A stretch of 64,000 nt of DNA from assembly GCA_964613815.1 (NCBI GenBank), contig CAZTKG010000002.1, forward strand, positions 118,299 to 182,298, in the 5' to 3' direction. This document shows, one piece after another, positions 28,532 through 36,887 of this stretch; within the stretch, counting starts at the first letter, position 1, and each line of letters opens with the position of its first letter. The stretch comes from an uncultured Gammaproteobacteria bacterium. Lineage in GTDB: Bacteria > Patescibacteriota > Patescibacteriia > UBA9934. The notes under the pieces are model-generated. The model made no database searches. It saw only the letters and a program-made list of their open reading frames with translations, and had not been told where the DNA came from. A program made the position numbers and the translations under genes.

Positions 28532-29881
28532 ATGGCGATTCCGGATTTTGTTCAAATACAGAGAGATGTTTTGCCCGATGATCCTGGGGTGTATTTTTAT
28601 TATGATTGTGATGGGGAGCTTTTGTATATTGGGAAGGCGACGAGTTTGAAGAAGCGGGTGGGGTCTTATTTTAATAAGGCGCATGATCGGCGGATTGCGG
28701 AATTGGTTGGGAAGATTCGGCGGATTGATTATATTGAAACGAAGACGTCTGTGGAGGCTTTGGTGCTTGAGGCGAATCAGATTAATGTGTTGCAGCCGCC
28801 ATATAATATTTTGAATAAGGATGATAAGAGTTTTTTGTATCTTTTGGTTACTAGTACGGATTTTCCTCGGCCGGTTTTGATTCGTGGGCATGAGCTTGCG
28901 GGGGCTGGGGTCGCGCCGTTTGCGGGGGCGATTCCGGAGAAGTTGGGAGGGAAATATCGGGCGATGTTTGGGCCGTATACGAGTTCTTATAGTTTGAAGA
29001 AGGCGATGGAGTTGATTCGGCGGGCGATTCCTTGGAGTGTTTGTCGGCCGCCTGAGGAGACAGGGAGTGATCGGTTGTGTTTTGATGCGCAGATTGGGAA
29101 GTGTCCGGGGGTTTGTGGGGGGAAGATATCAAAACAGCGCTATCGACGGATGATGAAGCGGTTTGAGATGTTTTTTGGGGGGAAGACAGCGCGGCTTTTG
29201 GGGCGGATGAAGAAGGAGATGGAGAAGGCGGCGAAGGAGATGCGGTTTGAGGAGGCGGCGGAGATTCGGAATGCGCTGTTTTCGCTTGAGCATATTCGGG
29301 ATATTGCGATGATTACGAAGGAGGATGTGGAGTTGCCGATGACGAGGGTGGATGAGGAGATGTATGTGGATTTGGAAGGGTGGATTGAGGCGTATGATAT
29401 TAGTAATATTTCTGGGACGTCGGCGGTTGGGAGTATGGTGGTGTTTTTTGAGGGGCGGCCTTTGAAGGCGGCTTATCGGAAGTTTAAGATTAAGACGGTG
29501 ATTGGGGCGGATGATGTTGGGTGTATGGAGGAGGTGATGCGGCGGCGGTTAAAGCGGGCGTTGCGATATCCGAAAGCTTGGGGGTTGCCGGAGATTATGG
29601 TGATTGATGGAGGAGAGGGGCAGGTGAATCGGGTGCGGGAGGTGTTTGCGGAGATGGGGGTGGATGTGCCGCTGATTGGGATTGCGAAGGGGTATGATCG
29701 GAAGCAAGATCGGCTCGTCTTTGATCGGGGGGATGTGCGAGTGACGAGTGTGGCGGAGCGGGGGAAGGAGGTGTTTTGTAAGGCGCGGGATGAGGCGCAT
29801 CGGTTTGCGGTTAAGTATCATAAGGAGGTGCGGAGTCGGGCGAGTGGGATTCGGCGGGGGAAGAAAAAAACCTCCGGATGA
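28532..29881 (+). CDS. uvrC: Excinuclease ABC subunit C (no C-terminal HhH)
   Basis: GIY-YIG (PGVY..LYIGKA), UVR domain, IEAYDISN, IDGGEGQ, RDEAHRFA. Confidence 0.93.
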   Translation: MAIPDFVQIQRDVLPDDPGVYFYYDCDGELLYIGKATSLKKRVGSYFNKAHDRRIAELVGKIRRIDYIETKTSVEALVLEANQINVLQPPYNILNKDDKSFLYLLVTSTDFPRPVLIRGHELAGAGVAPFAGAIPEKLGGKYRAMFGPYTSSYSLKKAMELIRRAIPWSVCRPPEETGSDRLCFDAQIGKCPGVCGGKISKQRYRRMMKRFEMFFGGKTARLLGRMKKEMEKAAKEMRFEEAAEIRNALFSLEHIRDIAMITKEDVELPMTRVDEEMYVDLEGWIEAYDISNISGTSAVGSMVVFFEGRPLKAAYRKFKIKTVIGADDVGCMEEVMRRRLKRALRYPKAWGLPEIMVIDGGEGQVNRVREVFAEMGVDVPLIGIAKGYDRKQDRLVFDRGDVRVTSVAERGKEVFCKARDEAHRFAVKYHKEVRSRASGIRRGKKKTSG

Positions 29882-29947
29882 GATCATCTGGAGGGTCGGT
29901 GGTCTGCGGCGCGGCACTATGCACAGCCGAGCTATGCGGTGCTTTGC
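29864..29947 (-). ncRNA. Candidate pentamer-repeat small RNA unit 1
   Basis: TTGACA at 29982-29977; 9 pentamers (8 GC, 1 GT); CCACCGAC; hairpin 29871-29894 plus U7. Confidence 0.65.
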
Positions 29948-30020
29948 GTTTGGTTGTTATCAATATTTTTTGGGTTTGTCAATGTGTTGGCTGGGTTATG
30001 CGGGGTGAGTGACCCGTTCT

Positions 30021-30112
30021 TCCTTCTTCGCCAAGGTTTCGAAGGACAAGTCGCTCAGCGAAGCTGAGCTACGAAGGGTTACCCCACTTCGCTTTGTGAG
30101 CTACGTTAGGGG
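30021..30112. repeat. Cluster of REP-like family C hairpins
   Basis: cttcgccaaggtttcgaagg, gctcagcgaagctgagc, ccccacttcgc..gctacgttagggg. Confidence 0.65.
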
Positions 30113-30134
30113 TTTAATCTGCCCCCGGCAGATT

Positions 30135-30208
30135 AAAAAACCTCGACTGTGAGGTCGAGGATCGGTGCGTTGCGAAGCTTTGCCTGGCGCGGCTGCGCGT
30201 AGCTATGC
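30135..30208 (-). ncRNA. Candidate pentamer-repeat small RNA unit 2
   Basis: TTGACG at 30243-30238; GC every 5 nt, 9 of 9; CACCGAT; CCTCGAC/GTCGAGG hairpin plus U6. Confidence 0.7.
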
Positions 30209-30295
30209 GGATGTGTTTTATTGTATATTTGTTTGAACGTCAATGTTTTCACAGATTCGCTTGACAGGTTTGAGGGGATTTGATAAGCAATGGCT

Positions 30296-30413
30296 AACTT
30301 GGCGTGGAATCTTGTGTGAATCAAGAACTGTCTCTCTGCAACGGTTTCTGCTTAGTCCGATCTTCGTCCAGGTTGCATTTAAACATCAGCGTCAGAGAGC
30401 GCTGATGTTTTTT
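30296..30413 (+). ncRNA. Candidate ~120-nt small RNA
   Basis: TTGACA-N14-TGA-TAAGCA at 30261-30289; stems tcttg/caaga and tgcaac/gttgca; terminator aaacatcagcg/cgctgatgttt. Confidence 0.5.
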
Positions 30414-30419
30414 ATGATG

Positions 30420-30493
30420 AAAAAACCTCGACACGGATGTCGAGGGTCGGTGGTAAGCGCTGCGGCGCACTGCGTGGCGAAGCCTTGCATTGC
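30420..30493 (-). ncRNA. Candidate pentamer-repeat small RNA unit 3
   Basis: TTGACA at 30528-30523; GC every 5 nt, 8 of 8; CCACCGAC; CCTCGACA/TGTCGAGG hairpin plus U6. Confidence 0.7.
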
Positions 30494-30634
30494 GTGGATA
30501 TTTGATCATGAATTTGGGTTGGTGTCAATGAGTATGTTTTGTCGAGATGGGTTGACTGTTTCCGTATATGTTGCTACATAGGGCATGGAGTTCTTTCATA
30601 CAATTTGTCGAAATATCGGCGATCGGAGATACAA

Positions 30635-32050
30635 ATGAAGATTCAGAAGAATGGCATGACGTTTACGGTCCTTCCTGAGGGCGGCTTCACCTGTGATGAT
30701 CTTGCTGGCTTGCCGGCGGCGTTTGAGGAGAGGTGGAGTTCGGAGGAGATTCAGGACGATACGGCTCGGCATCTTGCCGCGTTGCGAGGTCTCGCGAGGC
30801 CGCGCTTTGTTTCAGACGAGGAGCGTGACGCTGTTCCTGAGGGTCATCGGAAGGCGCTTGGAGAGGAGCGGTTCGACGAGGTCGTCGCTTCGTTGCGGGC
30901 CCGCGTGTGTGACCTCGATCCTTTTCAGCAGTTTGTGTTCTGGATCAGTCATTGGTGGCACTTTCTTGACGGGGAGGCTGAGGGGATTTGTGTTTCATTT
31001 ATTGAGGCCCAGGAGAGTTCGAAGTTGGCGATTAGGGAGAGGGTTTTCCCGCTCTTTCCCAGGGGTGTGCAGCGCGCAGTGATGGATGCTGATTTTCTTT
31101 CGGTCGCTGTTGGGGGTGGTCACTTTGCGATGCTGTTTGGTGGTACGAGTCGGCGGCTCATTGTGACTGACACGCAGCTTTTTGAGCTTCGGGATGTGCA
31201 TGGGTATTCGTATCTGGGCATTACCGCTGAAGGGTTGCCAGTGGCTCGGTCGAGGTGTAATCGTTTCGGTGGGCGGGCTTGGTTTGATGGTCGTCGATTG
31301 ATGGCGCATCCGCAGTTTCAGACCTGTGCGCCTGGCATGGTGGTCATCGATGGCGGATATAAGGTCAATACGACTCGCGCGACGATCGTGAATGGTGCCC
31401 ATTATGCGCTTGTCGATGAGGCTGACGCTGTTGCTCATACGACTGGTTCTGCTGGGGGGCCGTGGGGCGCTACGTTTACGTCTGCCGAGGGCATTCAGTC
31501 GATTGCTTTGGCGCGTCAGTCGGGGGAGCGGATGCGGGTCGAGGAGGGGCGTGTGAAGTTGGATGGGCGTGAGCTCAAGCCGTTTGGCATGTTTACTCCG
31601 TCGTCGGTTCAGCTGCTCGATAACGGCTTCGCTCTGTACGGATGGTCGGATTATCACGAGATTGTCTCGATTCGGTATGATCGCGTCATCATTGTAGATG
31701 ACCGTTCGGATTGGATTGATTCCGTTGTCTCTCATTTCGCTGATGATGATGTCGCCTTCGAGGTGTTCTGCACTGATCATGCTGGGGTGGCGCTTAGTGG
31801 CATTCTTCGGTCGGAGCCCGACGCCGTACTGCTCGACATGCATCTGACTGATGAGGAGCGGTTTGATGGGTTGTGGATCGCGAATGAGCTCGCGAAGCGT
31901 GAGTTCTCGGGACGGATTATGATTACGAGCGGGTCTGGGTTGAGGCAGCTTCAGGCGATGCAGGCGCTTATTCATGTTGCGACCGACGCGCCTGGCAAGG
32001 ACTTGGATCGGATTCAGCTTGCTCTGTGTGGGCGGCTGTCTGACGAATGA
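30635..32050 (+). CDS. Hypothetical protein with C-terminal receiver (REC) domain
   Basis: VIIVDD...PDAVLLDMHL...DGLWIA...IMITS; promoter TTGACT-N17-TACATA at 30552; GGAG RBS. Confidence 0.75.
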   Translation: MKIQKNGMTFTVLPEGGFTCDDLAGLPAAFEERWSSEEIQDDTARHLAALRGLARPRFVSDEERDAVPEGHRKALGEERFDEVVASLRARVCDLDPFQQFVFWISHWWHFLDGEAEGICVSFIEAQESSKLAIRERVFPLFPRGVQRAVMDADFLSVAVGGGHFAMLFGGTSRRLIVTDTQLFELRDVHGYSYLGITAEGLPVARSRCNRFGGRAWFDGRRLMAHPQFQTCAPGMVVIDGGYKVNTTRATIVNGAHYALVDEADAVAHTTGSAGGPWGATFTSAEGIQSIALARQSGERMRVEEGRVKLDGRELKPFGMFTPSSVQLLDNGFALYGWSDYHEIVSIRYDRVIIVDDRSDWIDSVVSHFADDDVAFEVFCTDHAGVALSGILRSEPDAVLLDMHLTDEERFDGLWIANELAKREFSGRIMITSGSGLRQLQAMQALIHVATDAPGKDLDRIQLALCGRLSDE

Positions 32051-32116
32051 TATTCGTCGTTCTCTCGGATTTTCCGGGGGATTTTTTATTTGGATGGGCG
32101 CGCGCTTTGTGTTCTG

Positions 32117-32233
32117 TGTCATCTCGACCTTGCTGGAGAGATCTCATCCTGCCAGCACGGCTGATATTTACCGACGTCGGTGATCATTGCTCGCGGTACC
32201 GAAGAGGGTCTCTCCAGCAAGGTCGAGATGACA
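32117..32233. repeat. REP-like family A full copy with 25-bp perfect arms
   Basis: tgtcatctcgaccttgctggagaga / tctctccagcaaggtcgagatgaca. Confidence 0.9.
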
Positions 32234-32276
32234 ACGGGGGAGTGGGGGATGGTTTTTTATATATATCTGACGTTCT

Positions 32277-32322
32277 GTGGATAGTTGTGGTTGCTGGTGG
32301 GGGCGTGGTGGGTTATAGTGGG
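32277..32322 (+). promoter_or_regulatory. MraZ-binding GTGG boxes
   Basis: GTGG at 32277, 32287, 32297, 32308, 32318 (10-11 bp period) upstream of mraZ. Confidence 0.7.
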
Positions 32323-32529
32323 GGCAACGAGGCACAAAGTGGGGCGCCCCGCAATTTTCGTTTGCGGAGCTCGAGTCGTAAGACTCCATGTTCGGGAAAC
32401 TTCCCCCTGTCAGGAATTGTTGTAACGCTTACTCTCGGTGAGCATGCGCCAACGATTCGTGATAGGAATCGATCAACCGCGTGTTCTTTCCTTTGCGCGA
32501 CGTTAGCCGTTAAGGCGACGTTAAAACAT

Positions 32530-32961
32530 ATGTTCATAGGCGAGTATCATCACCAATTAGACGACAAGGGTCGCCTTGCGATCCCGGTGAAGTTTCGTGG
32601 AGACCTTGCGAAAGGTGCGGTTGTGACGCGAGGTCTTGACTCTTCACTGTTCCTGCTCCCCTTGGAGGAGTGGGGCAAGCTTGCTGATTCTTTGGCAAAT
32701 TTGCCCTTGGGGCAGGCAAACTCACGTGCGTTCTCCCGTCTCATGCTTGCGGGCGCAATGGACGTGAAGTTGGATAAACAAGGGAGATTCATTGTTCCCG
32801 AATACTTACGGAAGTATGGGAAGTTGGATAAGAAAGTGGTAATTGTCGGGGTTTCTACTCGACTGGAGCTTTGGGATGCGGCTACTTGGGAAGCGTATTC
32901 TGCGCAGACTCAGGCGGATGCTGAAGCGATCGCTGAACAGTTAGGAGATTTAGGAATCTAG
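32530..32961 (+). CDS. mraZ: Division/cell wall cluster repressor MraZ
   Basis: MFIGEYHHQLDDKGRLAIP, LDKQGR, RLELWD. Confidence 0.97.
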   Translation: MFIGEYHHQLDDKGRLAIPVKFRGDLAKGAVVTRGLDSSLFLLPLEEWGKLADSLANLPLGQANSRAFSRLMLAGAMDVKLDKQGRFIVPEYLRKYGKLDKKVVIVGVSTRLELWDAATWEAYSAQTQADAEAIAEQLGDLGI

Positions 32962-32971
32962 ATTAATAGGT

Positions 32972-33826
32972 ATGAAGCATGTCCCTGTCCTCATGAATGA
33001 GGTTTTGGACGGGCTCAATCTACAGTCTGGAGACACGGTTATTGACGCAACTGTCGGTCTTGGAGGGCACGCGCAGCGTTTGCTGGACGTGGTGTCTCCT
33101 GGAGGAGAGTTGATTGGGTTCGACCGTGATGAGAGAAATTTACAAGAGGCAAAGAGGCGACTTGGCAGTGATTCTGCAAGTTGTCGGTTGATTCACGATT
33201 CGTTTGCGAATGTTGGGTCGCACGATTTGCCTGGTGTGGATGGCGCTCTGTTTGATCTTGGGTACTCTTCTGTTCATGTTGATGACGCGGAACGTGGGTT
33301 CAGTTTTCAGCAGGATGGGCCTCTTGATATGCGGTATGACACGCGTGACGGGAGGACGGCGGAAGATATCGTAAACGACTGGAGCGAGGAGGAGTTGGCG
33401 CGGATTTTTCGTCAGTTTGGCGAAGAGCGGTTTAGTGCGCGGATTGCGCAGCGAGTTGTTCGTGAGCGTAAAATGGTGCGTATTACGACAACGACGCAGT
33501 TGGCTGACGTTGTTGCGAGTGCGGTGCCGGCGCGTGGGAAGATTCATCCTGCGACAAAGGTGTTTCAGGCGCTTCGGATGGAGGTGAATGATGAGCTTTC
33601 ACATATTGAAAAAGGATTGGGGGATGCAATTGGACTTCTGAAGTCAGGGGGTCGAATTGCGGTCATCAGTTTTCATTCGCTTGAAGATCGGCTGGTTAAG
33701 CAGCTGTTTAAAGGGCGAGATGATTTGGGGCTGATTAATAAGAAGGTTATTCGTCCTAGTGATGAAGAGACTTCTGAGAATCCGCGAGCGCGCAGTGCTA
33801 AGTTGCGTGTTGCTGAGAAGATTTAG
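32972..33826 (+). CDS. rsmH: 16S rRNA m4C1402 methyltransferase
   Basis: HVPVLMNEV, DATVGLGGH, DLGYSS, PLDMR, SFHSLEDR, NPRARSAKLR. Confidence 0.97.
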   Translation: MKHVPVLMNEVLDGLNLQSGDTVIDATVGLGGHAQRLLDVVSPGGELIGFDRDERNLQEAKRRLGSDSASCRLIHDSFANVGSHDLPGVDGALFDLGYSSVHVDDAERGFSFQQDGPLDMRYDTRDGRTAEDIVNDWSEEELARIFRQFGEERFSARIAQRVVRERKMVRITTTTQLADVVASAVPARGKIHPATKVFQALRMEVNDELSHIEKGLGDAIGLLKSGGRIAVISFHSLEDRLVKQLFKGRDDLGLINKKVIRPSDEETSENPRARSAKLRVAEKI

Positions 33827-34147
33827 ATGCGAGAAAGATTGCAAACAATTCAACTGTTTTTGCAAGATCGGAGCTGGATTCAGCTTGCGGTTTTGGCTGT
33901 GACGATTGTGATTGGCGTGCTTTACATCTGGCAGGTTAATCTGAGCGCGACGCGAGGGTTTGCGATGCGGGATTTGGATCGTCAGGTGGAAGATATGGGG
34001 ATTCAGAATGAGCGAAATCTTTTGGAGGTTGCGAGGTTGAGATCGGTAGACAGTGTGAGTAAGCGGGTTCAGATGCTTGGGCTTGTGGAGGTGGATGTGG
34101 CGGATTATATTGATGCGGGAGATAGCGCGGTGGCGGTGAATAAATAA
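33827..34147 (+). CDS. ftsL: FtsL-like cell division protein
   Basis: TM helix plus coiled coil directly after mraZ-rsmH. Confidence 0.65.
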   Translation: MRERLQTIQLFLQDRSWIQLAVLAVTIVIGVLYIWQVNLSATRGFAMRDLDRQVEDMGIQNERNLLEVARLRSVDSVSKRVQMLGLVEVDVADYIDAGDSAVAVNK

Positions 34148-34157
34148 GGGGGCAGGA

Positions 34158-34186
34158 AGAGATCTCTCCACAGCGGTCGAGATGGC
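34158..34186. repeat. REP-like family A half copy
   Basis: agagatctctccacagcggtcgagatggc. Confidence 0.8.
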
Positions 34187-34223
34187 TGCGGGGTGGAGGG
34201 TTTTTTGATATACTGAGGCCACT

Positions 34224-35831
34224 ATGACTGATGGTGCTTTAGGTGCTTCTTCTTCACGTCGGCCTCGGCCGGCGGTGCTTATGGTTATTGATGGGTTTGG
34301 GGTTGCGCCAGATAGTGAGGGGAATGCGGTGACGCGGGCGAAGATGCCTGTTTTTGATGAATTGACGAAGCGGTATCCGGTTGTGACGCTTAGGGCCAGT
34401 GGAGAGACGGTTGGTTTGATGTGGGGGGAGATGGGTAATAGTGAGGTTGGGCATTTGACGATTGGGGCTGGGCGGGTGTATTACCAGGCGTTGCCTCGGA
34501 TTGAGCGGGCTGTGAAGGATAAGAGTTTGTTTGAAAATGAGTCTTTGGTTGAGGCGATGGAGCATGCGAAAAAAGGCGGGGGGACACTGCATTTGATGGG
34601 GATCATGTCTTCCGGGAAGGTTCATGGGTATAATTCGCATTGTTATGCTGTTTTGGAGATGGCGAAGCAGATGAAGGTGAAGAAGGTGGTGATTCATGCG
34701 ATTTTGGATGGGCGGGATACGCTTTATAATTCTGGGATGGATTTTTTGGTGGAGCTTAATCAGAAAATGGATGAGATTGGGGTTGGAGTGATTGGGAGTT
34801 TGAGCGGGCGGTATTTTGCGATGGATCGGGATAATCGGTGGGATCGGGTTGAGAAGGCGTATAACGCGATTGCGCTTGGGCAGAGTGCGGAGCAGTTTGA
34901 GGATGCGATTGAGGCGGTGAAGGCTTCTTATGCGAAGGAAGTTTATGATGAGGAGTTTGTGCCGGTTGTGATGACGAAAAAAGGAAAGCCGGTTGGGACG
35001 GTAGAGGCTGGGGATGCGATGGTGTTTTTTAACTATCGACCAGATCGGGCGCGGCAGATTACGAAGGCGTTTTGTTTGCCGAGTTTTGATAAGTTTTCTC
35101 GGGAGTTTATTCCAGAGGTGTATATGGCGACGTTTGGGGAGTATGAGGCTGGGTTGCCGGTTCATGTGGTGTTTCCGCCGACGAAGATTAAGAATTGTTT
35201 GGCCGAGGTGCTGTCAAATGCGGGGCTTGTGCAGCTTCATATTGCCGAGACGGAGAAGTATGCGCATGTGACGTTTTTTATGAATGGGACGCGGGAGGAG
35301 CCTTATCCGAATGAGGATCGGGAGATCATTCCTTCGCCGAAAGTGCCGAGCTATGATCAGAAGCCGGAGATGAGCGCGCCGGAGATTACGGAGAAGGTTG
35401 TGTCAGAAATCAAAACCGGAAATTACGATGTGATTATTATGAACTTTGCCAATCCGGATATGGTTGGGCATACGGGGGATGTTGCGGCGACGATTAAGGG
35501 GAATGAAACGGTGGATGCGTGTGTGGGGAAGATTGTGGAGGCGGTTTTGGCGGCGGATGGAGTGCTTTTTATCACAGCGGATCATGGGAATGGGGAGGAG
35601 GTTTCGAATTTGCAGACGGGGGATGTGGATAAGGAGCATAGTACGAATCCGGTTCCGTTCTATATAATAGGAAAACAGTATGAAGGGCATCCTGGTATGG
35701 CTGGTGATGTGCCGAATGGGGATCTTTCGTTTATGCCGCCGATTGGAATTTTGGCGGATGTGGCTCCGACGATGTTGAAGGTGCTTGGGATTGAGCAACC
35801 GCCTGAGATGACGGGGACGCCGTTAATTTGA
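34224..35831 (+). CDS. gpmI: 2,3-BPG-independent phosphoglycerate mutase
   Basis: MGNSEVGH, GRYFAMDRD, AETEKYAHVTFF, NPDMVGHTG, TADHGN. Confidence 0.97.
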   Translation: MTDGALGASSSRRPRPAVLMVIDGFGVAPDSEGNAVTRAKMPVFDELTKRYPVVTLRASGETVGLMWGEMGNSEVGHLTIGAGRVYYQALPRIERAVKDKSLFENESLVEAMEHAKKGGGTLHLMGIMSSGKVHGYNSHCYAVLEMAKQMKVKKVVIHAILDGRDTLYNSGMDFLVELNQKMDEIGVGVIGSLSGRYFAMDRDNRWDRVEKAYNAIALGQSAEQFEDAIEAVKASYAKEVYDEEFVPVVMTKKGKPVGTVEAGDAMVFFNYRPDRARQITKAFCLPSFDKFSREFIPEVYMATFGEYEAGLPVHVVFPPTKIKNCLAEVLSNAGLVQLHIAETEKYAHVTFFMNGTREEPYPNEDREIIPSPKVPSYDQKPEMSAPEITEKVVSEIKTGNYDVIIMNFANPDMVGHTGDVAATIKGNETVDACVGKIVEAVLAADGVLFITADHGNGEEVSNLQTGDVDKEHSTNPVPFYIIGKQYEGHPGMAGDVPNGDLSFMPPIGILADVAPTMLKVLGIEQPPEMTGTPLI

Positions 35832-35847
35832 TAATGACTATAATTTT

Positions 35848-36744
35848 ATGGGGGATGAACAGCACGTTGCGCCTGAAGCGCAGCCGGCTCCTGGGAAGAG
35901 TACTTCTGTTGCTGTGCATAGCAGTGGTGGAAAAGGGTTTTTGATTTCGACGGTTGTTTTGGCGGTATTGCTTTGTGGCGCTGTGGCGTTTGCACTTATT
36001 ATGAGCATGAAGGCTGGTGAAGCGGATGAGCATGTGGATATTTGGGAAGGGCAGGCGCAGGTTTGTGAGTTTGAGCTTGGGGAGTGTATGGCGACGGTGG
36101 ATGAGATGGAGAGTGAGGAGGATGAAGTTGAGGCGTTTATGACGTTTGATGGTGGTGAGGTGGTTTTGGATACGGAAGCTGATGCGAAAACATTGACGAT
36201 CGGTGCTTATAATGATGCGCGGTATGACTGTATGGCGATTGATCCGTTTGGCGCGACGTATGCCATGGGGGTAGATGGATTGGCGGATGAGGCGACGGTG
36301 GAAGGTATTGCTGGATTTACGGATGCTTCGGAGAGTCTTTTGATTAATCTCCAAGGGTTGATGGAGCAGCATGATTATTTGAATGCTGGAAGTCTTTGTC
36401 GGCATCAAGATGTGTTGTATGTGACGCTTGGGAATAATCGACATGTGGGGATCTTTAAGGCTGATATGAGTGAGGCGGGAGAAGTGACGGCATTGAAGCG
36501 ACTAGGAGGTTGGTTTGAGCAGTGGTATGGATCTGATGGGATGTATTTTGGAGGACCTGGGGATGAGGTTGCGTATGCACAGGTCTATGCGGATGCGGGC
36601 GCGTCTCAGTGGCGGGTATGGGCGTATGATGCGGATACAGGGGTTTATGATTTGATTGAGTCTTGTGGTCAGAATAATCCAGACTTGGTAGAAGGGCCGT
36701 ATGTTGAATGTGCTCGTGAGTATGTCCGCAATGAGGTAGAGTAG
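35848..36744 (+). CDS. Hypothetical single-pass membrane protein
   Basis: 298-aa acidic ORF with one TM helix and host codon usage; terminator at 36765-36790. Confidence 0.75.
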   Translation: MGDEQHVAPEAQPAPGKSTSVAVHSSGGKGFLISTVVLAVLLCGAVAFALIMSMKAGEADEHVDIWEGQAQVCEFELGECMATVDEMESEEDEVEAFMTFDGGEVVLDTEADAKTLTIGAYNDARYDCMAIDPFGATYAMGVDGLADEATVEGIAGFTDASESLLINLQGLMEQHDYLNAGSLCRHQDVLYVTLGNNRHVGIFKADMSEAGEVTALKRLGGWFEQWYGSDGMYFGGPGDEVAYAQVYADAGASQWRVWAYDADTGVYDLIESCGQNNPDLVEGPYVECAREYVRNEVE

Positions 36745-36794
36745 ATTAATATTTGTTATGATGAGGCGACCTGAGAGGGTCGTCTTTTTTGTAT

Positions 36795-36865
36795 CCCATC
36801 TCGAGCGCAGTCGCGAGATCTGATGGCGGCAGGGTTGCAAGATCTCTCCACAAGGTCGAGATGGC
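36795..36865. repeat. REP-like family A full copy
   Basis: cccatctcga...agatctctccacaaggtcgagatggc. Confidence 0.85.
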
Positions 36866-36887
36866 AATGAGATGAGTAGTTTGATTT

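Noticed and set aside
30310-30326. tRNA-like anticodon arm tcttg-tgtgaat-caaga
   Set aside because: No U33, D-arm, T-arm or acceptor stem
29864-30528. CRISPR array reading of the repeated units
   Set aside because: No identical 23-47 bp repeats with regular spacers, each unit has its own promoter and terminator, and no cas genes are seen
30133-30581. Short ORFs over the pentamer cluster (30133-30324, 30243-30581, 30321-30509)
   Set aside because: They cross promoters and terminators, lack an RBS, and a 5-nt period is not codon-compatible
32047-32529. N-terminally extended MraZ (304 aa in the ORF track)
   Set aside because: The extension runs through a repeat and the promoter; the real start is MFIGEY at 32530
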